Of a stretch of 64,000 nt of DNA, positions 28,588-38,230 are shown one piece after another (the stretch's first letter is position 1; the number at the start of each line of letters is the position of its first letter). Source of the stretch: Candidatus Bathyarchaeota archaeon (GTDB taxonomy: Archaea; Thermoproteota; Bathyarchaeia; TCS64); the NCBI GenBank assembly GCA_026014815.1, contig JAOZHP010000110.1, positions 1,047 to 65,046 on the forward strand, given 5' to 3'. A program made the position numbers and the translations under genes. The notes beneath the pieces are model-generated. The model was not told the DNA's origin. It did no database searches and worked only from the letters and a program-made list of their open reading frames with translations.

Positions 28588-28896
28588 GTGATATTGATGG
28601 AGCCAAATCTAAGAGGGAGAGTCGAAGCGTTTCTTGATAGATTATTAACTGATGAAATATTTTCTAATGTAATGCGAGGAATTACTACACTTAAAAACGA
28701 GTGGATGTTTGAGTCAATTGATAGCTTCTATTTAGGAGTAATATTCGGATTAACAACAGAATATATCTTACGTGATTATTCTGACCAAGGAAAAGATATC
28801 GAAGACTGGGAGAAGTTATCAAATGAAACAGTCTCTGTTCTTACTAGAAGATTATCAGAGATTAGAAGACAATTCGAACTACACATCAATAAGTAA
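28588..28896 (+). CDS. Hypothetical protein
   Basis: 102-aa ORF in AT-rich island. Confidence 0.55.
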   Translation: MILMEPNLRGRVEAFLDRLLTDEIFSNVMRGITTLKNEWMFESIDSFYLGVIFGLTTEYILRDYSDQGKDIEDWEKLSNETVSVLTRRLSEIRRQFELHINK

Positions 28897-29009
28897 TAAT
28901 AACACCATACTTTAACATCCAAAGCCAACATTCAATTATTTTTTAAATCTGGCAAACCCTCTTAGAAGTTTTACATAAAAAGTTTTACGAAATAAATTCT
29001 ATGAATAAA

Positions 29010-29294
29010 TTATTTGATTTTAACATTTTTCATGTTTCTCAGTTCATCAGCAAATCCATCTATTTGTTCAATTATCTTCTCAATATATTCTCTGATGTAA
29101 TCTATTCCCTGAATAGGCGGAAGTTCATCAACTGTCTCGATTGTAAACGAAAACTTCCCTGACTCAATGAGAGCGTCAATCTCAGCAGCTCTTTCTGGAT
29201 CAATATACGTTAGTTCATCATAAGCTAATTTAAGTGATTCAAGAGAAATATCTACTAACCTAGATAATCTCTCAATCAAATGGTTCTCAGTCAT
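29010..29294 (-). CDS. Hypothetical protein
   Basis: 94-aa ORF with GAGG SD. Confidence 0.55.
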   Translation of the reverse strand: MTENHLIERLSRLVDISLESLKLAYDELTYIDPERAAEIDALIESGKFSFTIETVDELPPIQGIDYIREYIEKIIEQIDGFADELRNMKNVKIK

Positions 29295-29584
29295 CTCATT
29301 TCCTCTTTCTAACTATCTTGCAATCAGCATAGTCTGATACATATTCATATCTTTTACTTAATGCATTTATGTAATCATTCAAATCGTATATACCTTAACC
29401 AGATAATTATCATCAGGCTCCTCATCCAATAAATGAATGTAAACTATAGTATTTTGGGTATTGACATGTTAACCTACTATTTCGCTACCAGAGAACGGGT
29501 AGCTCTTTTTTTTCAAGATTCCCAGATACAAAGTACAAAAAATATTTTTTTCTCAATATTACAGGTTACTTGAAGCGAAAATAA

Positions 29585-29670
29585 TGGTGCGGAGGGTGGG
29601 ACTCGAACCCACGAAGGACTAGTCCATCAGGACCTGAACCTGACCCCTTTGACCACTTGGGAACCCCCGC
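29585..29670 (-). tRNA. tRNA-Leu(CAG)
   Basis: Cloverleaf GCGGGGG/CCTCCGC, anticodon arm TCAGG-TTCAGGT-CCTGA, long variable arm, TTCGAGT loop, encoded CCA. Confidence 0.95.
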
Positions 29671-29687
29671 AACGAAAAATAATGTGA

Positions 29688-30086
29688 TTAGAGAGTCGCC
29701 ATAAACTCCTTGTACGCAGCGGCATCCATCAGGTTACCAAGATCCGCGTCCAAGCTACTAGGCTCAACCTTAACGATCCAGCCCTCACCGTAAGGATCAT
29801 TATTAATCTTCTCGGGGCTGTCCAGCAGGCTCTCATTCACCTCAACCACCTTGCCAGCCACAGGGCTGTAAAGATCACTGACGGCTTTAACGGACTCCAC
29901 GGCTCCCAGGGCCTCGCCCTGACCTACCTCGGCGTCCATATCGGGTAGCTCAACGTACACTATCTCATGGAGCTGTCCCTGAGCGTAGTCATCGATACCA
30001 ATCAAGACCATGCCACCGTCTACCTTCGCCCACTCATGCTCCTTAGTGTAGTAGAACCCTTCCTCAACTTTGTACTCGTCGGTCAT
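29688..30086 (-). CDS. gcvH: Glycine cleavage system H protein
   Basis: YTKEHEW, VESVKAVSD lipoyl-Lys motif, PYGEGW. Confidence 0.95.
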   Translation of the reverse strand: MTDEYKVEEGFYYTKEHEWAKVDGGMVLIGIDDYAQGQLHEIVYVELPDMDAEVGQGEALGAVESVKAVSDLYSPVAGKVVEVNESLLDSPEKINNDPYGEGWIVKVEPSSLDADLGNLMDAAAYKEFMATL

Positions 30087-31213
30087 TTCTTTTCCCTCTT
30101 CCAACCGTACACGGAATCATCATAGAAGGGTCGATGCTTAACTACTTTTCCCTTAACAAACTTATTCCTAATCTTGATGTAAAGCTCAGTACCCTTAGCC
30201 TTAAACTCTGGAGGCACGTACGCCAATGCAATACCTTTACCCAGAGTAGGACTCATCCCACCGCTGGTTACGACGCCAATCAGGTTCTCCTCCATGTCCA
30301 TAACCTCGTAGCCATGCCGCGGGATACCACGCTCCTCCATCATAACACCCACAAGAGTCTTCTTGACGCCCTCATCCTTCATACTCTGGATGGCGCGACG
30401 CCCAACGAAGTAACCAGGCTTTTTAAGCTTCACCGTCCACCTGAGACCCGCCTCAAGGGGGTTAATGGACTCATCAATATCGTTCCCATATAGCCATAAA
30501 CCAGCCTCCAGCCGTGTACTGTCCCTCGCTCCCAGACCACAAGGCACAGCCCCTGCACCCACCAAATCGTTCCAGATCTTAAGAGCCTTCTCAGGGTTAT
30601 CCAGAGAACAATCCAGCACGAAAACCTCGAACCCATCCTCACCAGTATAACCAGTCCGACCAGCCAACACCTTGTATCCACTAATTGTAAGGTCAGCGAT
30701 CCCGAAACGAGGAACCTCACCAATATTCTCCTCAGTGATCTTCTGCAATACATCAACGGCCTTCGGGCCCTGTACCGCAATCATTCCGACGCCGTCGCTT
30801 ACATCATTCAACTTGACTTTGAAGTCCTTGCTGTTCTTTTTAAGCCACTTAAAGTCCTTCTCCCTGTTTGAAGCATTGTAGACGAGTAGATACTTTTCAG
30901 TACTGAACTTGTACAGAATGAGGTCATCAACTATGCCTCCAGTGGGCTTACACATAACAGTGTACAGGCCGCCATATGGCTCCAGCTTGCTAACATTGTT
31001 TGTGACCACATAGTTGAGGAACTTCTCGGCTTCCGGTCCCTCAGCCCATGTCCTACCCATGTGGCTGGTATCAAAGATACCGCATCCTTCTCTGACCGCT
31101 TTATGCTCTACCTGAATGCCGTCATACCATACGGGCATAGCGAACCCACCGAAATCCACGACGTTACCATGTTCGGCGTGATACTCGTAGATATGAGTCT
31201 TCTTTAATTCCAA
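30083..31213 (-). CDS. gcvT: Glycine cleavage system aminomethyltransferase T
   Basis: FDTSHMG, RTGYTGEDGFE, GLGARDSTRLEAG. Confidence 0.95.
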   Translation of the reverse strand: MELKKTHIYEYHAEHGNVVDFGGFAMPVWYDGIQVEHKAVREGCGIFDTSHMGRTWAEGPEAEKFLNYVVTNNVSKLEPYGGLYTVMCKPTGGIVDDLILYKFSTEKYLLVYNASNREKDFKWLKKNSKDFKVKLNDVSDGVGMIAVQGPKAVDVLQKITEENIGEVPRFGIADLTISGYKVLAGRTGYTGEDGFEVFVLDCSLDNPEKALKIWNDLVGAGAVPCGLGARDSTRLEAGLWLYGNDIDESINPLEAGLRWTVKLKKPGYFVGRRAIQSMKDEGVKKTLVGVMMEERGIPRHGYEVMDMEENLIGVVTSGGMSPTLGKGIALAYVPPEFKAKGTELYIKIRNKFVKGKVVKHRPFYDDSVYGWKREKK

Positions 31214-31269
31214 ATGAATTACCGGTATGAAGTCTCACGGTACTCAGTTAAATCTATTGTTTGAGAAGG

Positions 31270-31440
31270 TTACTTGGACTCGAAGGGCTGAACCTTCACG
31301 GCGTTTGTCATAAAACTCAGCTCTTTTTTGCATTTGGGGCAAACCCCCTCAAACTTCTTGATAACATCCTGTGGAGACTTCAAAAGATCGCCCTCGTACA
31401 GAACCTCCCCGCACTCTCTGCAATTAATCTTCTGTGGCAT
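31270..31440 (-). CDS. Small zinc-ribbon protein
   Basis: MPQKINCRECG...CPKCKKEL; ATG at 31440 behind GAGGT SD. Confidence 0.75.
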   Translation of the reverse strand: MPQKINCRECGEVLYEGDLLKSPQDVIKKFEGVCPKCKKELSFMTNAVKVQPFESK

Positions 31441-31529
31441 GTGTCTACCTCGGCACCATGACATACTGAAACTTCGCTTTATAAACTTCATCATTTATCG
31501 GCACATGAAAACGCCTAAAGGATTATATC

Positions 31530-31976
31530 TTGAACTTGGTACCTATTCCGCTGGAGGAATCCGGGATATCATCCAAAAGCAAGAGACCAAGAAAAAAACG
31601 TGGCTCAGGCAAAAAAAGCAAGACCTGGAAGATACCCAGCAACGTCCTAACTATCGGTGTAGTGCTTTTCTGCTTATTCATAGTCAGTGGTGGATTCTAC
31701 AACATCCTAGAGAAGCCGCCAGCCGTCCTCCCAGTGGGTAACACTTTTATCACGCTTCACCCGTACTTCACGGACCAGACGGTCTATGAGAGTGTCTTCG
31801 TGTTTCTCACAAATGGCGCAGCCTTCATAGGTCTATGGCTGAGCTACAAGGCAACACAGGTCGTCTACGATAAAGATAAGGCTAACAGGTACCTGGTGTT
31901 CGGCATCGGGTTCGCCCTCCTCGGAGTCTCAGGTCTGTACCTGATTATAAACATGAAGCGAGCAATCCTAGGCTAA
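31530..31976 (+). CDS. OST3/OST6-OSTC(DC2)-like oligosaccharyltransferase-associated membrane protein
   Basis: Three TM helices with SGGFYNILEKPP and Q...ES motifs resembling the OSTC/OST3 C-terminal region. Confidence 0.6.
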   Translation: MNLVPIPLEESGISSKSKRPRKKRGSGKKSKTWKIPSNVLTIGVVLFCLFIVSGGFYNILEKPPAVLPVGNTFITLHPYFTDQTVYESVFVFLTNGAAFIGLWLSYKATQVVYDKDKANRYLVFGIGFALLGVSGLYLIINMKRAILG

Positions 31977-32020
31977 CGAAACTGTTTAGAGGCTAATCGC
32001 CTCTTACTTCTTGAATTAAT

Positions 32021-32908
32021 TTGAAGCGCATAGGATTCATAGGGCTAGGTCTCATGGGCACAGGAATGTCCAAGAACCTTGTCAAAGCAGGATACCAAGT
32101 CACCGTCTGGAACAGGACCGAAGCAAAAGTAAAACCGGTAGTTGAGGCAGGAGCCACTGCAGCCAAGACTCCAAAAGAGGTTGCAGAGAACGCGGATGTG
32201 GTAATCACCATCGTCACAGACAGCCCAGATGTAGAGCAAGTGCTATTAGGACCCGATGGAGCCATCCACGGCGCCAAGAAAGATGACGTATTCATCGACA
32301 TGAGCACCATCAGCCCCATCGCAACCATGAAGATCGCTGAAAAACTCTCAGAGAAGGGAATAGAAATGCTAGACGCACCAGTAAGCGGCGGGGTCATCGG
32401 AGCAAACAACGGCACCCTCAGCATAATGGTGGGAGGTAAGAAGAAGGTCTTCGAAGAGAACCTACCCATCCTGGAAGCCATGGGCAAGACCATCATTTAC
32501 ATCGGTGGCAACGGCGATGGACAGGTCTGCAAAGCAGTGAACCAGATACTAGTCGGCACAGCCATGCTTGGAGTAGCGGAGGCACTGGTCTTCGCCGCCA
32601 AGGCAGGCGTAGACGTAGCGAAAGTACATCAAGCCGTGTCAGGGGGCGCAGCTGGAGGATGGCAGCTAACCAACAACGGCGGCAGACTCCTCAAGGGCGA
32701 CATGAACCCTGGGTTCAAGATCAAGGACTACCTCAAGGACCTAGGAATCATCATGGAGACAGCAGCAGCAAACAAGATGCCGCTACCAGCCACAAGCCTC
32801 GTGCTACAAATGTATAGACACTGCCAAGCCGAGAACATGCTGGACAATGGCACACAGGCCGTTAGTAAAGCAGTTGAGAAGCTAGCTGGAAAAACTATCC
32901 TAGGGTAA
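32021..32908 (+). CDS. NAD(P)-dependent beta-hydroxyacid dehydrogenase (GarR/3-HIBADH family)
   Basis: GFIGLGLMG, DAPVSGG, KAVNQ and KDL motifs. Confidence 0.92.
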   Translation: MKRIGFIGLGLMGTGMSKNLVKAGYQVTVWNRTEAKVKPVVEAGATAAKTPKEVAENADVVITIVTDSPDVEQVLLGPDGAIHGAKKDDVFIDMSTISPIATMKIAEKLSEKGIEMLDAPVSGGVIGANNGTLSIMVGGKKKVFEENLPILEAMGKTIIYIGGNGDGQVCKAVNQILVGTAMLGVAEALVFAAKAGVDVAKVHQAVSGGAAGGWQLTNNGGRLLKGDMNPGFKIKDYLKDLGIIMETAAANKMPLPATSLVLQMYRHCQAENMLDNGTQAVSKAVEKLAGKTILG

Positions 32909-32977
32909 GCCCTCCTCACAACTTTATTCTTTTTTTCATTACCTACAGCGCGGTTTTTTCATCGAGTTGCTGAGAAG

Positions 32978-33094
32978 TGGTCCCGCCCGCAGGAGTTGAA
33001 CCTGCAACCCTCCGGTGTCTGCTCATGGTCTGATTGCCACTGCCCCGCGGGGCGATGACTACAGCCGGATGCTCTGCCATTGAGCTAGGGCGGG
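32978..33094 (-). tRNA. tRNA-Tyr(GTA) with ~42-nt intron at 37/38
   Basis: CCCGCCC/GGGCGGG acceptor (C1-G72, A73, CCA); TCCGG-CTGTAG[intron]A-CCGGA; T-arm GCAGG-TTCAACT-CCTGC. Confidence 0.92.
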
Positions 33095-33257
33095 CGGGAC
33101 ACCGAGAAGTGATATAGAAACCCAAATTTAAGAGATTTGGTCAGCCTGACCTAGCCAACATGGATTAAGAGTCTATACTAGTTTTACCAAACATTACTCT
33201 GAATCGAGGCTCCGCAAATGATATCCTCCAATATAGCTAGAAACGTTCAGGAGCCGT

Positions 33258-33668
33258 GTGAATGTGTCACTCCGTGTAGAAGACGTAATGATAACAGACG
33301 TTATCACCATCAAGGCAGATTACCCTGTAAAGTACGCTGACAGCCTCATGAAGTACTTCGGTATTGACTGCCTCGTCGTCATGGAGGACAACCAGCCCAT
33401 TGGTATTATTACTGACAACGACATCGTACGAAAAGTCTACACGAATAACGATGACCCTCACCTAGTTTTTGTTAAAGAAGTAATGACTGAACCTATTCTA
33501 TGGGTGACCCCTGAGACCCCACTCAACGAGGCAGTGGAAACAATGGTGGGAAAGAACATCAAGCGTCTACCAGTTATTGGGAACCTATCAAATGGACCTG
33601 TCCTACTTGGACTTATCTCAAGGAAAGTGACAGAGCGATCCATCGAGGAAATAGTGTTCTCGAAATAA
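33258..33668 (+). CDS. CBS domain pair protein
   Basis: VEDVM...GIITDNDI and VKEVMT...IKRLPV. Confidence 0.88.
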   Translation: MNVSLRVEDVMITDVITIKADYPVKYADSLMKYFGIDCLVVMEDNQPIGIITDNDIVRKVYTNNDDPHLVFVKEVMTEPILWVTPETPLNEAVETMVGKNIKRLPVIGNLSNGPVLLGLISRKVTERSIEEIVFSK

Positions 33669-33704
33669 TCTTTTAACCGTATTTAAATCCGGGTGGAAGC
33701 CCTA

Positions 33705-34787
33705 CTACCCGAAGGTCCAAGAGATGCCTTCCCTGTAAGGCGGTTTTATTATTCCTCTGTCCGTGATGAAGGCCGTGATATACTTTGCAGGAGTCACGTC
33801 GAACGCAGGGTTTCTTGCGATGGTTCCTTCACGCGTGATCATGACCCTCGTGGGTTCTCCAGCTTCGTCTACGCCCCACATCATGGTAACCTCCTCCGAG
33901 TCACGTTCCTCGATCTCGACATCGTCACCAGTAGGAGTTTCCAAGTCAAAAGTCATTCCCGGAGCTGCCACATAGAAAGGAATATTGTTCTCGTAGGCGA
34001 GAACTGCTTTCTCGTAGGTACCTATCTTGTTGACCACGTCACCGTTGGCTGTGACCCTGTCAGCCCCCACGATAACCATGTCAACCTCACCACGCCTCAT
34101 ATAATAACCAGCGGCGTTGTCCACAATCACAGAGTAGGGAATGCCCTCCTGCTGCATCTCCCATGCAGTAAGGCGGGAACCCTGACACCTTGGACGAGTT
34201 TCATCTACCCATACGAAAACCTTCTTCCCTTCCCTGTGAGCGTAACGGATGGGACTCAAAGCGGTTCCATGATCAGTGAAAGCCAACGCGCCTGCGTTAC
34301 AATGAGTAAGTATCCTGAACCCGTCCTCGATGAGCCTTGCACCAGACTCACCCATTGCCAGTGACGCCTTCAGGTCCTCGTTAGCAATATTATCTGCCTC
34401 CTTGATTAAACGTTCAAGCCTGTACTCTTTATCTCCCCACCCAGCGGCGACGAGGCAACGATCCACCGCTTTGAAAAGGTTTACTGCCGTGGGTCTCGTC
34501 GTTTTTATCGTCTCAGCTGCATTGTTCAGATACTCCATGAACTCATGGAAAGGCAGGTCCTTGGCCTCCAGAGCTGCTTGAGCCATGCCGAAACCAGCAG
34601 CACATCCTATGGCTCCCGCGCCTCGCGTCACCATGGTCTTGATTGCTTTCGCGGTTTCCTTATGGTTCTTAAGTGAGATTATCTCGAACTTGTGCGGTAA
34701 CTTACGCTGGTCGATCATCCAGACGGTGCTGTCTTCCCTCCACAGGGTCTTTACGTCCCTTGTCTCGCCGTCGATCTTGACCTTCAT
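33705..34787 (-). CDS. mtnA: Methylthioribose-1-phosphate isomerase (eIF-2B alpha-like)
   Basis: IDQR.LP, RGAGAIG, RPTAVNL, THCNAG, ETRP..QG, NKIGT, NPAFDVTP. Confidence 0.92.
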   Translation of the reverse strand: MKVKIDGETRDVKTLWREDSTVWMIDQRKLPHKFEIISLKNHKETAKAIKTMVTRGAGAIGCAAGFGMAQAALEAKDLPFHEFMEYLNNAAETIKTTRPTAVNLFKAVDRCLVAAGWGDKEYRLERLIKEADNIANEDLKASLAMGESGARLIEDGFRILTHCNAGALAFTDHGTALSPIRYAHREGKKVFVWVDETRPRCQGSRLTAWEMQQEGIPYSVIVDNAAGYYMRRGEVDMVIVGADRVTANGDVVNKIGTYEKAVLAYENNIPFYVAAPGMTFDLETPTGDDVEIEERDSEEVTMMWGVDEAGEPTRVMITREGTIARNPAFDVTPAKYITAFITDRGIIKPPYREGISWTFG

Positions 34788-34823
34788 CGCTGACAGAAGA
34801 GGTGCTCCCCACTAAAAAAGAGA

Positions 34824-35495
34824 TTACTTCAGTACCTTGCCGGTTTTCCTGTACCATAAGTAGAGGTCTAGCTCACCTGGAAGCATATTCAGCATTTTGG
34901 CAACCTTGTCGAGGGTCTCCTCGTACTGGAAGTAACGCTTCTTAGTGATACTTTTCCTGCCTTCCTCGCCGATGAGTCCATGTTCCATCAGGTTGCTGAT
35001 GATATGTCGATCAATTATCGCCAAGTCAAAGTACCCTACGTTTCTCAGGTAATGACTGCCCTCTTTCCATCCAATGCCCTTCACGTTCTCTACCAACCAG
35101 ACTCTTGCTTCACGTGAGTCCTTGAAGCCCTGAATAGTAGACTTCAGTAAAGGTGCAAGGTGTCTCGTGTTATTGATGTACTCAGCACGGACATTCGGAA
35201 ACCTGTGGCCCTGTTCTTTCAGGCATGAGCGGATGTCTTCAAGCTCTCCCTCACGAATTATGTTGTCACAACAGAGGGCGTCCACACATTTCTGGCCCAT
35301 GAGAGCGCTGGCGTTCGCCGTTAGAAGACAGTAGACTAGCTCCTCGTACCATTTCTGAGTGTCTTGTTCGTGAACCCACCTGAACTCTCTCATCCTTTCC
35401 TCAACCATCTTTTGCACTCGGGGATTATTGGTGAGGTCTCTCACCTTTTCAGCCATTGAAACTATTCCAGGGTGCTCGTTGAGAGTGGAATGCAT
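34824..35495 (-). CDS. ogg: 8-oxoguanine DNA glycosylase/AP lyase (OGG2)
   Basis: CLLTAN, HRFPN.RA, VKGIGWKEGSHYLRNVG, IIDRH, TGKVLK terminus. Confidence 0.9.
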   Translation of the reverse strand: MHSTLNEHPGIVSMAEKVRDLTNNPRVQKMVEERMREFRWVHEQDTQKWYEELVYCLLTANASALMGQKCVDALCCDNIIREGELEDIRSCLKEQGHRFPNVRAEYINNTRHLAPLLKSTIQGFKDSREARVWLVENVKGIGWKEGSHYLRNVGYFDLAIIDRHIISNLMEHGLIGEEGRKSITKKRYFQYEETLDKVAKMLNMLPGELDLYLWYRKTGKVLK

Positions 35496-35587
35496 TGTGG
35501 ATTTTCTGATGCGGCTTCATTTAAACTCAATTAATCTCATTTGCTGTGAGAATCGTTTTTTATGAATGTCATAGGCTATACCTCAAC

Positions 35588-36112
35588 ATGACTTCCGGTA
35601 GCCCTAGCGAGAAGTATGAGAATTCTGAGGTCAAGTGTCGCGCCCTAAAGAAGATACCAAGATTGCAGACTCTAGGACTGAACCTCCCTGAGGTGGAGGA
35701 GGGAAACGAGTTCACTGCATATTTCTGGGTCGCAAGGGAGCTAGTGAACGCGGGACTCGCCGCTTACACAGAGGACGCTATCAACCCAACGGAATGGACA
35801 CAGATACACTTCAAGGAAAGACTCAACCCAGCGGGCCCACCAAGTCCGTTGCTGGATAACTTCTATGAGAGGGCCTACGTGAGCTTCATCCAAGCCGAGG
35901 ATGACGCTGAGCGAGTCAGTAACCTCAACAGGATGAGGGCAAGGTACCGTGATGTAGTAGAGTCAAGAATAGGAAGAATCACTAGGTTAGCGTCATCGGA
36001 GGCAGTTTCGCCCACCCGTCCACTACAACCGGAGGAGACCAAGTTATATGAGGCGCTGCATCGCTTCATCTCGGCTTGGCGCGGGGAAATGCGTGAGTTA
36101 GGAGAGGAATAG
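35588..36112 (+). CDS. GINS complex subunit (Gins23-like)
   Basis: WVARELV B-domain, L.DNFY and R..RI..LA motifs; directly upstream of mcm. Confidence 0.7.
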   Translation: MTSGSPSEKYENSEVKCRALKKIPRLQTLGLNLPEVEEGNEFTAYFWVARELVNAGLAAYTEDAINPTEWTQIHFKERLNPAGPPSPLLDNFYERAYVSFIQAEDDAERVSNLNRMRARYRDVVESRIGRITRLASSEAVSPTRPLQPEETKLYEALHRFISAWRGEMRELGEE

Positions 36113-38158
36113 TTGGCTAGATTAGAGACTCAGGAAGAGTCATTCACACGATTCATCGAGGACTTCCTTGACGAAAATGACAAGCTCAAATACGACCAAG
36201 CCATCAGCGAGATGCCGGTCAAAGGCACCAAGAGCCTAGTCATCGACCTTACAGACCTTTACAGCTATGACATGGACCTCATGAGAAGTATACTAGATGA
36301 CCCCGAGTCTATCTTGTCTACCTTAAGCTCCGTCGTAAGGTCAAAGCTCCGAACCAGAGACCCCATCTATGCTGAGAGCCTCAAAAGGATCAACATCAGG
36401 TTCAGGAACCTTCCTCACGAAACAGCTCTCAGAAAGATTGGAAGTGACAACGTGAGCAAACTCATCATGGTCAACGGCATAATCGTCCGTGCGTCATCCA
36501 TCACACCCCTAGTCATGAAAGCTACCTTCAGGTGCCCAGTATGCGGGGAGATGAACCATGTAGAGCAGAGCGGCCAGACATTACATAAGCCACAAAAGTG
36601 CATCGCCTGCGATAACAGGAAAAACTTCGAGTTGGTTCCAAAGGAATCCGTGTTCATCGACAGCCAGAGCGTCACAATCCAAGAACGTCCCGAGGATCTA
36701 CCACCAGGACAGCTTCCCAGATCTGTGAACGTCGAACTCAAGGACGACATAGTAGATATTGCCAGGCCGGGGGACAGGATACAGCTAACTGGCTTCATCA
36801 GGCTACTGCCAAGGTACGGTCGAGGCGGGGAACTCAGGACATTCGACCTAATGGTAGACGCCAGTCACACTGATGTTAGTGGCAGGGAGATGGACCTCAT
36901 CGAGCTCAGCCCCGAGGACAAAGAGAAGATACTTGAGGTAGCCAGAGACCCATGGGTCCACCAGAAACTGTTGAGCAGCATAGCCCCCAGCATCTACGGC
37001 AACGACCACATCAAGGAAGCCACTCTATATCTGCTCCTCGGTGGAGTCTCCAAGGAACTTGAGGACATGAGGATTAGGGGCGACATCAACGTCCTCCTCG
37101 TAGGTGACCCAGGTACAGCAAAAAGCCAGATGCTTGGCTTTGCCGCCAAGGCAGCTCCAAGAGGCCTCATGACCACCGGCAGGGGAAGCTCCGCTGCAGG
37201 ACTCACGGCTGCCGTCGTCAAGGAAGGAGGAACAGGCAGCTTCATGCTAGAAGCAGGAGCACTGGTCCTCGCAGACAAAGGAATATGCTGCATCGACGAG
37301 ATCGATAAGATGAGAGACGAGGATAGAGGCGCGATACACCCAGCCATGGAGCAACAGATAGTGCCCATCGCCAAAGGAGGCATCGTAGCGACGCTGAACG
37401 CCAGAACTAGCATCTTCGCCGCCGCGAACCCAGCGCTAGGCAGATATAATCCCTACCAGACTATCGCTCAGAACATCACTCTCCCTGTCACTATGCTCAG
37501 TAGGTTCGACCTCATATTCATACTCAAGGATCAGCCTGATATACAGAAGGACACGGAGATCGCCGAGCACATCCTTGGCATCCATAAGACCCAGTCATCT
37601 CATGATGTGCCGCTGAGACTAGAGTTCCTCAAAAAGTACATCAGCTACGCCAAGACAATCAACCCAAGGATCACAGACGAAGTCATTGTACGGTTCCGTG
37701 ACTTTTACGTGAAGATGAGGAGCGCCAGCATAGAGGGAGGCGAAGCGTCAGCTGTAGCCATCACAGCGCGTCAACTGGAGAGCCTAGTCAGGATGGCTGA
37801 GGCAAGAGCACGAGCCCACCTCAGGGAGGAGATCACTGTCGAGGACGCCGAGGCCGTACAGAACCTGATGCAGAAAAGCCTTGAGCAAGTCGGAATCGAC
37901 ATAACAACAGGTCAGATAGATATCGACATCCTGTATACAGGTAAGCCTCGTAGCCTGCAAAACCAGTTGCAGAAGGTGCTACAGGTTTTGAGCGAGATGG
38001 AGAGGCTTAGCGGATCAGTCAGAGACGACGACCTGTACGATGCTATGCAGAGCGACCATGGTATCAACAGGTCCGAGTCCGCGAAACTAATAGGAGTACT
38101 AATGAAGGACGGGACAATCTACTCGCCGAGGCCAGGGTACTATAAGCGCACCTCATAG
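36113..38158 (+). CDS. mcm: Replicative helicase MCM
   Basis: Zn finger, QERPEDLPPGQLPR, GDPGTAKSQ, IDEIDKM, LSRFD; no intein. Confidence 0.97.
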   Translation: MARLETQEESFTRFIEDFLDENDKLKYDQAISEMPVKGTKSLVIDLTDLYSYDMDLMRSILDDPESILSTLSSVVRSKLRTRDPIYAESLKRINIRFRNLPHETALRKIGSDNVSKLIMVNGIIVRASSITPLVMKATFRCPVCGEMNHVEQSGQTLHKPQKCIACDNRKNFELVPKESVFIDSQSVTIQERPEDLPPGQLPRSVNVELKDDIVDIARPGDRIQLTGFIRLLPRYGRGGELRTFDLMVDASHTDVSGREMDLIELSPEDKEKILEVARDPWVHQKLLSSIAPSIYGNDHIKEATLYLLLGGVSKELEDMRIRGDINVLLVGDPGTAKSQMLGFAAKAAPRGLMTTGRGSSAAGLTAAVVKEGGTGSFMLEAGALVLADKGICCIDEIDKMRDEDRGAIHPAMEQQIVPIAKGGIVATLNARTSIFAAANPALGRYNPYQTIAQNITLPVTMLSRFDLIFILKDQPDIQKDTEIAEHILGIHKTQSSHDVPLRLEFLKKYISYAKTINPRITDEVIVRFRDFYVKMRSASIEGGEASAVAITARQLESLVRMAEARARAHLREEITVEDAEAVQNLMQKSLEQVGIDITTGQIDIDILYTGKPRSLQNQLQKVLQVLSEMERLSGSVRDDDLYDAMQSDHGINRSESAKLIGVLMKDGTIYSPRPGYYKRTS

Positions 38159-38230
38159 CCCCATTTTTACCTACCCCCCTCACACATTTTTGTCGTTCAG
38201 CTTTTTATTTAAACAATTTACATTGTTGAT

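Larger units (their letters stand above)
20950..29670. mobile_element. Accessory genomic island at the 3' end of tRNA-Leu(CAG); left boundary approximate, no integrase seen
   Basis: AT-rich cargo genes, duplicated tRNA 3' end at ~26933-27001 and internal repeat families, between the housekeeping genes tbp and gcvH. Confidence 0.65.

Noticed and set aside
29585-29670. tRNA-Sec or suppressor (TCA visible in anticodon arm)
   Set aside because: The 7-nt loop TTCAGGT centres on CAG; 7-bp acceptor and A73 fit tRNA-Leu
33693-34364. 223-aa plus-strand ORF and the many similar antisense ORFs in the track
   Set aside because: Lie fully opposite well-supported genes (here mtnA) with no recognisable motifs
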